Positions 8,852-18,994 of a stretch of 64,000 nt of DNA are shown piece after piece; the first letter of the stretch is position 1, and each line of letters starts with the position of its first letter. Origin of the DNA: Occultella glacieicola (lineage in GTDB: Bacteria > Actinomycetota > Actinomycetes > Actinomycetales > Beutenbergiaceae); contig NZ_SMNA01000010.1 of assembly GCF_004353825.1 (NCBI RefSeq), forward strand, positions 1 to 64,000, read 5' to 3'. The translations under genes were made by a program, and so were the position numbers. The notes under the pieces were generated by a model, which ran no database searches, was not told the origin of the DNA, and worked only from the letters and a program-made list of their open reading frames with translations.

Positions 8852-10069
8852 ATGCACCTCCGGAAGAGGTACGTCGCCGCTTCGGCGCTCGCGGCGTCAT
8901 TGATGCTGGTCGGCGCGTGCGCGCCGACGCAGGGAGCAGACTCCGAGACCACCGAGGGCGCCGGCGCCGAGACCGGCGCCGAGGTCCAGCCGATCGACGT
9001 GGGCGTGGTCTACTCCCGCACCGGCCCCTTGGCCGGCTACGGCGAGCAGTATCTGGCCGCCTTCGAGGCCGGCCTCGACTACGCCACGGACGGCACGAAC
9101 ATCGCCGGCGACTACGAGATCAACCTGGAGATCGTCGACGACGCCGGCGACCCGAACAAGGCGGTGAACGCGTTCAAGGACATGGTCGGCACCGGGATCC
9201 CGCTGATCGTCGGCACCGCGTCCTCCGGCGTCGCGCTCCAGGTGGCCCCGTTGGCCGAGCAGAACCAGACCGTCTACATCGTCGGCCCGGCCGCGGTCGA
9301 CCAGGTGACCGGCATCAACGGGTACACGTTCCGGTCCGGCCGTCAGACCTACCAGGACGTCGCCACGGCCGGGACGTTCCTCGACGACGTCGAGGGCGCG
9401 AGCGTGGCCGTGTTCGCCCAGGACAACGCGTTCGGTCAGGGGAACGCGGCCACGGTCGAGGCGGTCCTCGGCGGGGCCGGGGCGACCGTGACCCCGATCC
9501 TGGTCGGGGAGAGCGTCACCGAGTTCACCGGTGAGGCCCAGAAGATTCTCGACGCCCAGCCGGACCTGCTCTTCGTCGCCTGGGCCGGCGAGACGACCGC
9601 CGCGATGTGGCAGGCACTCGAGCAGCAGGGCGTCATGGAGGCCACCACCGTGGTGACCGGCCTCGCGGACACCGCGTCCTACCAGGCCTACGGCCCGGCG
9701 TCGGACCGGATCAACTTCCTCAACCACTACTTCGCCGGTGCCGCGGACAACGAGGTGAACACCGCGATGATCGACGGCATCGAGGCCGCCGGTGGCGTGC
9801 CCGACCTGTTCTCCCCGGACGGCTTCAACGCCGCCCTGATGGTGGTCCGCGCCATCGAGGAGGGCGGAGACGACCCGGACGCCATGGTCGCGGCGCTCGA
9901 GGGCTGGACCTTCGCCGGTCCCAAGGGCGAGATGACCATCCGCGCCGCCGACCACGCCATGATCCAGCCGATGTTCCAGGTGCGACTCGTCGACGACGGC
10001 GGCACCTGGGTCCCCGAGCTGATCCAGGCGATCGCCGGCGACGAGGTCGCCCCACCCGAGGCGGGCTGA
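8852..10069 (+). CDS. ABC transporter substrate-binding lipoprotein (LivK-like type I PBP)
   Basis: Lipobox LVGAC, SRTGPLAGYG, GPKGEMTIRAADH. Confidence 0.9.
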   Translation: MHLRKRYVAASALAASLMLVGACAPTQGADSETTEGAGAETGAEVQPIDVGVVYSRTGPLAGYGEQYLAAFEAGLDYATDGTNIAGDYEINLEIVDDAGDPNKAVNAFKDMVGTGIPLIVGTASSGVALQVAPLAEQNQTVYIVGPAAVDQVTGINGYTFRSGRQTYQDVATAGTFLDDVEGASVAVFAQDNAFGQGNAATVEAVLGGAGATVTPILVGESVTEFTGEAQKILDAQPDLLFVAWAGETTAAMWQALEQQGVMEATTVVTGLADTASYQAYGPASDRINFLNHYFAGAADNEVNTAMIDGIEAAGGVPDLFSPDGFNAALMVVRAIEEGGDDPDAMVAALEGWTFAGPKGEMTIRAADHAMIQPMFQVRLVDDGGTWVPELIQAIAGDEVAPPEAG

Positions 10070-10074
10070 CCGGA

Positions 10075-10102
10075 CGGGCCGGCGGCCCCGGCCGCCGGCC
10101 CG
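10075..10102 (+). other. GC-rich hairpin after the binding-protein gene (mRNA stabiliser or attenuating stem)
   Basis: CGGGCCGGCGGCC / GGCCGCCGGCCCG inverted repeat. Confidence 0.6.
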
Positions 10103-10149
10103 CCCGAACGCGCTCCCGTCGTTGACCGTTCCGGCCTGGAGGCCCAACC

Positions 10150-10908
10150 ATGACCACACCACCCGCCGTCGCCACGCGTGGGCTCGGACTCACGATCGGC
10201 GGCGCCCGGATCCTCGTCGACGTGGACCTGACCGTGCCCGCCGGCGAGATGCTCGGCGTCATCGGCCCGAACGGCGCCGGCAAGACCACGCTGTTCAACC
10301 TGATCTCCGGGGTGCTCCGCCCCACCGCGGGCACCGTGGAGTTGGACGGCGAGGATGTCGCCGGCCTGAGCATCACCCGCCGGGCCCGCCGCGGGCTCGG
10401 CCGGACCTTCCAGACCTCGAGCCTGTTCCCCCAGCTCGACCTCGTCGAGAACGTCCGCCTCGCGTCCCAGGCGAAGGAGGGCGCTGCGATGTCCGTCCTC
10501 GCGTTCCCGCTCGCCTCGGACCGCGCCACCGTGACCGCCCGGGACTGCCTGGCCCAGGTGGGCCTGAGCCACCTGGAGACGGTCGCGGCCGGCAACTTGT
10601 CCCACGGGGACAAGCGCAAGCTCGAGATCGCCGTGCTGCTGGCCACCGATCCGAGTGTGATCCTGCTCGACGAACCGATGGCCGGCGTCGGCTCGGGTGA
10701 CGTGCCCGGTCTCACCGAGATCATCCGACGGATGCACCGCGAGCGCGGCTGCACCGTGCTCCTGGTCGAGCACCACATCGAGGTGGTGCTCGGCCTCGTC
10801 GACCGGGTGGCCGTGATGCACCACGGCCGGTTGCTCGCGTGCGACACCCCGGAGGTCGTGATGGCCGACGCCACCGTCCAGTCCGCGTACCTGGGGGAGG
10901 GCGCATGA
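10150..10908 (+). CDS. ABC transporter ATP-binding protein (LivG-like)
   Basis: GPNGAGKT, LSHGDKR, LLDEP. Confidence 0.93.
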   Translation: MTTPPAVATRGLGLTIGGARILVDVDLTVPAGEMLGVIGPNGAGKTTLFNLISGVLRPTAGTVELDGEDVAGLSITRRARRGLGRTFQTSSLFPQLDLVENVRLASQAKEGAAMSVLAFPLASDRATVTARDCLAQVGLSHLETVAAGNLSHGDKRKLEIAVLLATDPSVILLDEPMAGVGSGDVPGLTEIIRRMHRERGCTVLLVEHHIEVVLGLVDRVAVMHHGRLLACDTPEVVMADATVQSAYLGEGA

Positions 10909-11672
10909 GTCCCGAGCTGATCCTGAGCGTGCGCAACCTGAGCGCGAGCATCGCCGGCCAGCAGGTCGTCGAGGACGTCAGCCTGGACGTGCCCGCCACC
11001 GGGGTCACCGCCCTCCTCGGCCGCAACGGCGTCGGCAAGACCTCGACGATCAAGGCGATCCTCGGCCTGATCCCGCGGCGCGGGGAGATCCTGCTCGACG
11101 GCGTCGGCATCGACCGCGAGCCGACGCACCGGATCGTGCAGCGCGGGGTGGGCTACGTCCCCGAGGACCGTGAGGTGTTCGCCGGGCTGACCGTCGCCGA
11201 GAACCTCAAGCTCGCCCAGCGGGGCCCGGACGCTCACTGGGACGTCGTCGAGACCCTGTTCCCGGACCTGGTGCAGCGCTCCGCCCAGTTGGCCGGCACC
11301 CTGTCCGGCGGGCAGCAGCAGATGGTGTCCCTGGCCCGGGCGCTGCTCAACCCGAACCGGCTGCTGCTCGTCGACGAACCCACCAAGGGGCTCGCGCCCA
11401 AGATCGTGGGCGAGGTCGCCGACGCCCTGGTCCGGGCCGCCGAACTCGCGCCGATCCTGCTCGTCGAGCAGAACCTCGCGGTGGTCAGGGCCCTGGCCCG
11501 CGACGTCGTGGTGGTCTCCGGCGGGCGGGTGGTGCACACCGGCCCGGCCGCCGAGTTCCTCGACGATCCCGACCTGGTCCGCCGCCACCTCGGCGTGCAT
11601 GGCGACGCTCCCGAGAGCGCCGCAGCGGGCGCGGTCCCGGACGGCGCGCACCCAACGGAGGCACCGGCGTGA
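10905..11672 (+). CDS. ABC transporter ATP-binding protein (LivF-like)
   Basis: GRNGVGKT, LSGGQQQM, LVDEP; ATGA overlap. Confidence 0.93.
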   Translation: MSPELILSVRNLSASIAGQQVVEDVSLDVPATGVTALLGRNGVGKTSTIKAILGLIPRRGEILLDGVGIDREPTHRIVQRGVGYVPEDREVFAGLTVAENLKLAQRGPDAHWDVVETLFPDLVQRSAQLAGTLSGGQQQMVSLARALLNPNRLLLVDEPTKGLAPKIVGEVADALVRAAELAPILLVEQNLAVVRALARDVVVVSGGRVVHTGPAAEFLDDPDLVRRHLGVHGDAPESAAAGAVPDGAHPTEAPA

Positions 11673-12547
11673 GCACCGTCCTGTTGCTGGCCATCACCGG
11701 TCTCGGCCTCGGCGCCCTCTACTTCCTGGTCGCCTCCGGGCTGTCGCTGATCTACGGGCTGATGGGCGTGCTGAACTTCGCGCACGGCGCCTTCCTGATG
11801 TTCGGGGGGTACGCCGGCTACGAGGTGTCCCGGCTGATCGGGGCGACCACCTGGCCCGGGTTCGCTGTCGGTGCCCTCGCCGGTGTTCTGACCGGGGCCG
11901 CGATCGCCGCACTCACCGAACTGCTCCTGGTCCGGCGGCTCTACGAGCGTCACATCGAACAGGTCCTCGTCACGGTCGGGCTCGCCCTCGCCCTGGGCGC
12001 CCTGGCCTCCGGTGTCTGGGGGACCGACGCGATCATCATCACCGGCCCGGACTGGATGTCCGAGGTGACCGTGATCCTCGGTGCGCGGGTCCCGAACAAC
12101 AGGTTCCTGGCGATCATCGCCGCCGTCGCCGTCCTGGCCGGGATCGTTCTGTTCCTGAAGTTCACCCGGTACGGGCTGATCATCAGGGCCGGCGTCGAGA
12201 ACCGTTCGATGGTCACGGCGCTGGGTATCGACGTCCGGAAGTCGTTCACCCTCGTGTTCGCGGTCGGCGGGGCGGCCGCCGGACTGGGTGGCGTGCTCGC
12301 CTCCCAGTACTACACGATCGTCTCCCCGCACCTGGGGCCGTCGCTGCTGATCTTCGCGTTCATCGTCACGGTGATCGGTGGCCTGGGCTCGTTGACCGGC
12401 GCGGCGATCGCGTCCGTGCTGGTGGCGATGCTGCAGCAGTTCGTCAATTACTACGTCTTCGGACTGGGTGAGTTCGCGGTGGTCCTGGCGCTCGCCCTGG
12501 TGCTGCTGATCCGCCCGAGGGGCCTGATGGGAAGGGTGGCGGCATGA
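11669..12547 (+). CDS. ABC permease (LivH-like)
   Basis: GLMGVLNFAHGA, IGGLGS; hydrophobic. Confidence 0.92.
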   Translation: MSTVLLLAITGLGLGALYFLVASGLSLIYGLMGVLNFAHGAFLMFGGYAGYEVSRLIGATTWPGFAVGALAGVLTGAAIAALTELLLVRRLYERHIEQVLVTVGLALALGALASGVWGTDAIIITGPDWMSEVTVILGARVPNNRFLAIIAAVAVLAGIVLFLKFTRYGLIIRAGVENRSMVTALGIDVRKSFTLVFAVGGAAAGLGGVLASQYYTIVSPHLGPSLLIFAFIVTVIGGLGSLTGAAIASVLVAMLQQFVNYYVFGLGEFAVVLALALVLLIRPRGLMGRVAA

Positions 12548-13647
12548 ACCGCGCATCGGTACTGCGGGTCGGGATCGGGATCCTCGGCGTGATCCTGCTC
12601 GCCGCCCTGCCCCTGCTCAACCTCAGGATCCCGGGCGTGCTCCCAGGGGCCACCTACGAGCCCGGCACCCTGCAACTGTTGGCCCTGTGCCTGCTGATCG
12701 CCGGACTCGCGCTGAGCTACCACGTCCTGTTCGGGCTCGCCGGGCTGCTCTCCTTCGGGCATGCGCTGTACTTCGCCGCGGGGCTGTACGGTCTCGCGAT
12801 CGCGCTCAGGCACTGGCAGATGTCCCTGGTCTCGGCGGCCCTGCTGGTGTTCGTCGGGGCGACCCTGCTGGCCCTGATCGTCGGGGCGGTCTCGCTGCGG
12901 GTCAGCGGCATCTCGTTCGCGATGGTGACCCTGGCCTTCGCCCAGGCGGGCTCGGTACTCGTGGCCCGCAACCCCGGCGGCCTCACCGGCGGCGAGGAGG
13001 GCCTCGGACTGGACATCACGAACATCCCCGAGTCGTTCGTCGGGGTGGTCAACACCCGGAACCTGTACTGGATCTCCTTGGCGATCGCGATCGCCGTGTT
13101 CGCCCTGGTGACCTGGTTCGAGCGCTCCCGGGCCGGGCACGTCGCGGCCGCGACCCGGGAGAACGAGCTGCGGGTCCGGGTGATCGGGATGCAGCCGTAC
13201 CTGGTCCGGCTGCTCGCGTTCGTCACCGCCGGCAGCCTCGCCGGCATCGTCGGGATGGCCTACCTGCTCGTCCAGAACGGCGCCCAGGCCCGGGCCACGT
13301 CCGCCGACTTCACGCTGACCCTGCTGGTCATGGTGGTGCTCGGCGGGGTCGGCTCCCGGTGGGGCGCCGTGATCGGCGGTGTCGTCTACACCCTGCTCGA
13401 TCAGCGGCTCACCGCCCTCGCCGGAGGCGAGTTCATCCAGTCCCTGCCGGCGATCCTGAGGGTGCCGCTGTCGCAGCCGCTGTTCCTGCTCGGAACCCTG
13501 TTCATCCTGGTGGTGCTGTTCCTGCCCGGCGGGATCACCGGCACCGTCGCCCGGCTCCGGTCCGGGGGTAGCGTGGCCCGCGCGCGAGCCACACTCGAGC
13601 AGGCGGGTGGTGCCGAGAGCGACGGCATGGAGGTCGAGGCCCGATGA
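12544..13647 (+). CDS. ABC permease (LivM-like)
   Basis: GLLSFGHA, TGGEEG, RENE motifs. Confidence 0.92.
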   Translation: MNRASVLRVGIGILGVILLAALPLLNLRIPGVLPGATYEPGTLQLLALCLLIAGLALSYHVLFGLAGLLSFGHALYFAAGLYGLAIALRHWQMSLVSAALLVFVGATLLALIVGAVSLRVSGISFAMVTLAFAQAGSVLVARNPGGLTGGEEGLGLDITNIPESFVGVVNTRNLYWISLAIAIAVFALVTWFERSRAGHVAAATRENELRVRVIGMQPYLVRLLAFVTAGSLAGIVGMAYLLVQNGAQARATSADFTLTLLVMVVLGGVGSRWGAVIGGVVYTLLDQRLTALAGGEFIQSLPAILRVPLSQPLFLLGTLFILVVLFLPGGITGTVARLRSGGSVARARATLEQAGGAESDGMEVEAR

Positions 13648-15269
13648 GTGCAGCGAGTATCGATCAGTGGCACACCCTCGGACGGTGGCCGGCGGAGCGC
13701 GCCCGCGAGGCCCCCGACCGGATCGCCATCGACGACCGCGGCGTGCCGGTCAGTTACGGCGAACTGGAGCGCAGGGCCACCGCGCTCGCCCGTGGCCTGC
13801 GCGCCGCCGGCTACGTCCCGGGCGACCGGATCGCCACGCTCACCGGCAACAGCGCCGACCACGTCGTGCTGTTCTTCGCCTGCGCCAAGGCCGGTCTGGT
13901 CCTCACGCCCCTGTCCTGGCGCCTGGCGGCCCGTGAGGTCGCCGACCAGCTGGCGATCGCCGATGCCGTCCTGCTGCTGTCCGACCAGACGTTCGAAGCC
14001 CTGGCGCGTTCCGCCGTCGCCCGCCTGCGCCGGCCGCCGGCGACCGGCGAGCTCGGCACCAGCGGTGTCGAGGCGAGCGTGCCCGCGCCGTCCCGGAACC
14101 CGGCCGAGGTGCCGCAGGCAGTGCGGGAGGTCCGGGACAGCGACCCCTTGCTGCTCACGTTCACCTCCGGCACCAGCGCCCGCCCCAAGGGTGTGGTGCT
14201 GACCCATGCGAACTGCTTCTGGACGAACCTGTCCCTGTCCCGTACGGCTCCGATCACGCCCGACGACGTGGTGCTCGCGGTGATGCCGCAGTTCCACGTG
14301 GGCGGCTGGAACGTCCAGCCGCTGCTGGCCTGGTGGACCGGCGCGACCGTGGTCCTGGAGCAGACCTTCGAACCGGCCCGGGTGCTGCACCTGATCGCCG
14401 AGCGGCGGGTGAGCACCATGATGGGCGTCCCGGCGCACTACCTGATGCTCGCCGAGCAGGCCACGTTCGCCGACGCCGACCTGGCCGCCCTCCGGCTAGC
14501 GATCGTCGGCGGTGCGCCGATGCCCGAACCGTTGCTGCGGACCTGGCACGCCCGCGGCGTGAAGCTGGTCCAGGGGTACGGGCTGTCCGAGGCGTCGCCG
14601 AACGTGCTCTGTGTCCCGGCGGCGCTCGCCCGGGACCGGCTCGGTTGGGCCGGAACCGCGTACCCGTACGTGGACGTGGCCGTCGCCGATCCGGTCACCG
14701 GCGAGGTCCTCGATGGGCCCGCGACCGGTGAGCTCCTCGTTCATGGCCCCGGTGTGTTCGCCGGGTACTTCCGCGACCGGGAGGCGACCGACCGGGCCCT
14801 GCAGGACGGCTGGCTGCACACCGGGGACCTCGTGGAGCGCGATGACGAGGGCTTCTTCCGGATCGTCGACCGGCTCTCGGACATGTACATCTCCGGCGGT
14901 GAGAACGTCGCCCCGGCGGAGGTGGAGGCGGTGCTGCGGGGTCATCCGGCGGTGGCCGACGTGGCGGTCGTCGGCGAGCCGGACGAACGCTGGGGAGAGG
15001 TGGGCATCGCGCACGTCGTCCTGCGCCGCGGGATCGCCACCGACGCGCAGGCCCTGATCGGACACTGCCGCGACGACCTCGCCGCGTACAAGGTGCCCAA
15101 GCGGATCGCGTTCGTCGCCGAACTCCCGCACACCGCGTCCGGCAAGACGGTGCGCCGGGAGCTGCGCACCGGCGCGACTACCCAGGTCCCCGCCACGACC
15201 GTTCCCGACCCGGCCGATCCCGCCACGGCGCGGCGGGCCGCCCAGCCCCGGAAGGAGGCCCACCGGTGA
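13644..15269 (+). CDS. Acyl-CoA synthetase (AMP-forming ligase)
   Basis: FTSGTSARPKG, QGYGLSE, LHTGD, SGGENV. Confidence 0.92.
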   Translation: MSAASIDQWHTLGRWPAERAREAPDRIAIDDRGVPVSYGELERRATALARGLRAAGYVPGDRIATLTGNSADHVVLFFACAKAGLVLTPLSWRLAAREVADQLAIADAVLLLSDQTFEALARSAVARLRRPPATGELGTSGVEASVPAPSRNPAEVPQAVREVRDSDPLLLTFTSGTSARPKGVVLTHANCFWTNLSLSRTAPITPDDVVLAVMPQFHVGGWNVQPLLAWWTGATVVLEQTFEPARVLHLIAERRVSTMMGVPAHYLMLAEQATFADADLAALRLAIVGGAPMPEPLLRTWHARGVKLVQGYGLSEASPNVLCVPAALARDRLGWAGTAYPYVDVAVADPVTGEVLDGPATGELLVHGPGVFAGYFRDREATDRALQDGWLHTGDLVERDDEGFFRIVDRLSDMYISGGENVAPAEVEAVLRGHPAVADVAVVGEPDERWGEVGIAHVVLRRGIATDAQALIGHCRDDLAAYKVPKRIAFVAELPHTASGKTVRRELRTGATTQVPATTVPDPADPATARRAAQPRKEAHR

Positions 15270-15916
15270 GCACCGTCCCACGCACCGCCCGGGGCACCAG
15301 GACCCGCGCGAAGATCCTCGAGGCCGCCGAGACCGTGTTCTCCGAACTCGGCTACGCGGAGGCCAGCATCGTCAAGATCACCGAGGCCGCCGGCGTCGGG
15401 CAGGGCACGTTCTACCTGTACTTCGAGACGAAGAAGCACGTGTTCGACGAACTCGTCGAGGACCTCAACCGCCGGGTCCGGCACGCCATGACCGAAGGGG
15501 CACGCGGGGCCACCACCCGGATGGAGGCCGAGCGGGCCGGGTTCGCGGCGTTCTTCGCGTTCACCGCGGAACACCCCGCCCTGTACCGGGTGATCCGGGA
15601 GGCGGAGTTCGTCTCCCCGGAGGCCCTGCGGCTGCACTACACCCGGATCGTCGAGGGCTACATCGAGGGCCTGTCCCAGGCCCGGGACGCCGGCGAGATC
15701 GGCAACGTGGACCCGACCGTGGCCGCCTGGGTGCTGATGGGCATCGGTGAGATGGTCGGCATGCGCTGGGTCCTGTGGGGTTCCGGCGCCGAAGCGGGCG
15801 CCGACGCCGACCCGACGGCGTCCGGCACCTCCGCCGTGCCGCCGGCGGTCTTCGACGAGATGATGCGGCTCATCTCCGGTGCCCTGCGCGCCACCGACCC
15901 TTCGGAGGGATCATGA
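15266..15916 (+). CDS. TetR family transcriptional regulator
   Basis: N-terminal HTH ITEAAGVGQGTFYLYFETK. Confidence 0.93.
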   Translation: MSTVPRTARGTRTRAKILEAAETVFSELGYAEASIVKITEAAGVGQGTFYLYFETKKHVFDELVEDLNRRVRHAMTEGARGATTRMEAERAGFAAFFAFTAEHPALYRVIREAEFVSPEALRLHYTRIVEGYIEGLSQARDAGEIGNVDPTVAAWVLMGIGEMVGMRWVLWGSGAEAGADADPTASGTSAVPPAVFDEMMRLISGALRATDPSEGS

Positions 15917-16674
15917 CCGACGGACCAACGCAGGACCTCGCCGGGCGGCGGGCCGCCGTCACCGGGGCAGGCAGCGGCATCGGTGCCGCGATCGCCGAGG
16001 CGTTCGCGACCCGGGGTGCGCACGTGATCGCCGTCGACGTCAACGCCGAGGCCGCGGCGGCGACGGCGCAGCGAACCGGGGGAGAGGCGTGGGTCGTGGA
16101 CCTGGCCGACACCGCCGGGCTGCGCGAGGCGCACCTGGACGTGGACATCCTCGTCAACAACGCGGGCATCCAGCACGTCAGCCCGGTCGAGGAGTTCGAC
16201 CCGGACCGGTTCCACCTCATCCTCATGCTGATGCTCGAGGCGCCGTTCCTGCTGGCCCGGGCCGCGCTGCCGCACATGTACGAGCGTGGCTTCGGCCGGA
16301 TCATCAACATCTCCTCCGTGCACGGCCTGCGCGCCTCCGCGTTCAAATCCGCCTACGTCAGCGCCAAGCACGGCCTCGAGGGCCTGTCCAAGGTGATCGC
16401 CCAGGAGGGGGCCGGGCGCGGGGTCACCAGCAACTGCCTCAACCCCGGGTACGTGCGCACCCCGCTCGTCGAGGCTCAGATCGCCGACCAGGCCCGGGTG
16501 CACGGCATCCCACCGGAGCGGGTGGTCAGCGAGATCCTCCTGGAGCGCTCCGCGATCAAGGAACTCATCGAGCCTGCGCACGTCGCCGACCTGGCCTGCT
16601 GGCTGGCTTCCCCGGCCGCTGCGATGGTCACCGGCTCCTCCTACACGATGGACGGCGGGTGGACGGCGCGATGA
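15913..16674 (+). CDS. 3-hydroxybutyrate dehydrogenase (SDR)
   Basis: TGAGSGIG, NNAGIQHV, SSVHGLRASAFKSAYVSAKHG, PGYVRTPLV. Confidence 0.88.
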   Translation: MTDGPTQDLAGRRAAVTGAGSGIGAAIAEAFATRGAHVIAVDVNAEAAAATAQRTGGEAWVVDLADTAGLREAHLDVDILVNNAGIQHVSPVEEFDPDRFHLILMLMLEAPFLLARAALPHMYERGFGRIINISSVHGLRASAFKSAYVSAKHGLEGLSKVIAQEGAGRGVTSNCLNPGYVRTPLVEAQIADQARVHGIPPERVVSEILLERSAIKELIEPAHVADLACWLASPAAAMVTGSSYTMDGGWTAR

Positions 16675-17555
16675 GTTACCGCACCCATGACGTGGCCGTC
16701 CGCGGCGGCACCATGCACGTCGCCGAGTGGGGCGACCCGCAGGGTCCGCCGGTGCTCGCCGTGCACGGCATCACGGCCTCGCACCGGTCCTGGGGACTGG
16801 TGGCGCAGCGCTTGCCCCAGGTGCGCCTGATCGCCCCTGACCTGCGCGGGCGCGGTCGCAGCCGGGACCTGCCAGGCCCGTTCGGGATGCCCGCGCATGC
16901 GGACGACCTCGCGACCGTGCTCGCCGCCCTCGACGTCCCCAGCGCCGTGGTGCTCGGGCACTCGATGGGCGCCTTCGCGTCGGTCGTGCTGTCCCGCCGG
17001 CACGCCGAGCGGGTGCGTGAGCTGATCCTCGTCGACGGCGGGGTGCCCGTGGAGCTGCCGGTCGGCCTGGACCCGGAGGAGGTCGGGCCCGCGCTGCTCG
17101 GCCCGGCGGCGACGCGGCTCGCCATGACGTTCCCGACCCGGGAGGCCTACCGTGAGTTCTGGCGGGTGCACCCGGCGTTCGCGGACTGGAACGACGTCAT
17201 CGAGGACTACGTGGACTACGACCTGATCGGCACCGCGCCCGACCTGCACCCGAGCACGACCGTCGAGGCGGTCACCGAGGACTCGCTGGAACTGGCCGGC
17301 GGTGAGGCGCTTCTGGACGCCCTCGCCCACCTGTCCCACCGGGCGGCCTGGCTGCGGGCCCCCCGCGGGCTCCTGAACGAGGAGCCGGGTTTGTACTCCC
17401 CGGCCTACGCCAGCGCCAATGCCGACCGGCTCGGCCTGGACCTGGCCGATGTCCCCGGCACCAACCACTACACGATCACCCTCGGACCCACCGGCGCGGA
17501 CGCCGTCGCGGACGTCGTCCGCCGGGCCCTGACCGCTGCGGAGGCGACGGCATGA
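16671..17555 (+). CDS. Alpha/beta hydrolase (esterase/lipase)
   Basis: VHGIT, DLRGRGRS, GHSMG nucleophile elbow, NHYT. Confidence 0.88.
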   Translation: MSYRTHDVAVRGGTMHVAEWGDPQGPPVLAVHGITASHRSWGLVAQRLPQVRLIAPDLRGRGRSRDLPGPFGMPAHADDLATVLAALDVPSAVVLGHSMGAFASVVLSRRHAERVRELILVDGGVPVELPVGLDPEEVGPALLGPAATRLAMTFPTREAYREFWRVHPAFADWNDVIEDYVDYDLIGTAPDLHPSTTVEAVTEDSLELAGGEALLDALAHLSHRAAWLRAPRGLLNEEPGLYSPAYASANADRLGLDLADVPGTNHYTITLGPTGADAVADVVRRALTAAEATA

Positions 17556-18316
17556 ACGGACTCGACAAGGTTGTACCCGACCCGACCCAGGCGGTGGCGG
17601 ACATCGGCGACGGAGCCTCCCTCGCCGTCGGCGGCTTCGGCCTGAGCGGCAACCCGATGGTGCTGATCGAGGCCCTCCTGGCTCAGGGAGCGAGCGACCT
17701 CGCGATCGTCTCGAACAACTGCGGTGTGGACGACTGGGGCCTCGGCCTGCTGCTCGGGGCGGGGCGGCTGGCGAAGATGACCTCCTCCTACGTCGGGGAG
17801 AACAAGGAGTTCGAGCGGCAGTTCCTCTCCGGCGAGCTCGAGGTGGAGCTCACCCCGCAGGGCACGCTCGCCGAGAAGTTGCGCGCCGGCGGCTCCGGGA
17901 TCGCCGCGTTCTTCACCCAGACCGGCGTGGGAACCCAGGTCGCCGAGGGCGGGCTGCCCCGCCGCTACCACCCCGACGGCACCGTGGCCGTCGCGTCCCC
18001 GGTGAAGGAGACCAGGACGTTCGACGGCGCCGAGTACGTCCTGGAGGACGCGATCCGCACGGACTTCGCGCTCGTGCACGCCCTGCGCGGCGACCGCACC
18101 GGGAATCTCGTGTTCAACAAGAGCGCCCGCAACTTCAACCCGCTCGCGGCCATGTCCGGGCGGGTGTGCATCGCGCAGGTCGAGGAGCTGGTCGAGCCGG
18201 GCGAACTGGACCCCGATCAGATCCACCTGCCCGGGGTGTTCGTGCACCGGGTGGTGCCGGTCGGCACCGGGATCGAGAAGCGCATCGAACGTCGCACCAC
18301 CCGGACGGAGGGCTGA
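17552..18316 (+). CDS. scoA: 3-oxoacid CoA-transferase subunit A
   Basis: GGFGLSG, SNNCG, PQGTLAE, ARNFNP. Confidence 0.9.
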   Translation: MNGLDKVVPDPTQAVADIGDGASLAVGGFGLSGNPMVLIEALLAQGASDLAIVSNNCGVDDWGLGLLLGAGRLAKMTSSYVGENKEFERQFLSGELEVELTPQGTLAEKLRAGGSGIAAFFTQTGVGTQVAEGGLPRRYHPDGTVAVASPVKETRTFDGAEYVLEDAIRTDFALVHALRGDRTGNLVFNKSARNFNPLAAMSGRVCIAQVEELVEPGELDPDQIHLPGVFVHRVVPVGTGIEKRIERRTTRTEG

Positions 18317-18319
18317 GGC

Positions 18320-18988
18320 ATGGCAGGCAGAGCAGGCCAAGCAGGGAAAGGACTGACCCGGCAGCAGATGGCCGCGCGCGCCGCGCTGGAACTGCCCGAC
18401 GGCGCCTACGTGAACCTGGGCATCGGACTGCCGACGTTGGTCCCGAACTACGTGCCCGAGGGCCGCACCGTGGTGCTGCAGTCCGAGAACGGGATCCTCG
18501 GAGTCGGACCGTACCCGCTCGAGCAGGACGTGGACCCGGACCTGATCAACGCCGGCAAGGAGACCGTGACCCTGCTGCCGGGCGCGTCGTTCTTCGACTC
18601 CGCCACCAGTTTCGCGATGATCCGCGGCGGCAAGATCGACGCCGCCATCCTGGGCGCCATGCAGGTCTCCGCGGCCGGCGATCTGGCGAACTGGATGATC
18701 CCGGGCAAGATGGTCAAGGGCCCGGGCGGGGCGATGGATCTCGTGCACGGGGCCAAGCGCCTGATCATCCTGATGGAGCACACCGCCAAGGACGGCAGCC
18801 CGAAGATCGTGAACGAGTGCAGCCTGCCGCTGACCGGGCGGGGCGTCGTGGACCGGATCATCACCGACCTCGCGGTGCTCGACGTCACGCCCGAGGGACT
18901 CGTGCTGGTGGAGCTCTCGCCCGGGGTCACGGTCGACGAGGTCGTCGCCGCGACCGAGCCCGACGTTCGGGTGGCGCTCGCGGGCTGA
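18320..18988 (+). CDS. scoB: 3-oxoacid CoA-transferase subunit B
   Basis: [13 protein letters not shown] (catalytic Glu), GGAMDL. Confidence 0.9.
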   Translation: MAGRAGQAGKGLTRQQMAARAALELPDGAYVNLGIGLPTLVPNYVPEGRTVVLQSENGILGVGPYPLEQDVDPDLINAGKETVTLLPGASFFDSATSFAMIRGGKIDAAILGAMQVSAAGDLANWMIPGKMVKGPGGAMDLVHGAKRLIILMEHTAKDGSPKIVNECSLPLTGRGVVDRIITDLAVLDVTPEGLVLVELSPGVTVDEVVAATEPDVRVALAG

Positions 18989-18994
18989 CGGCGG

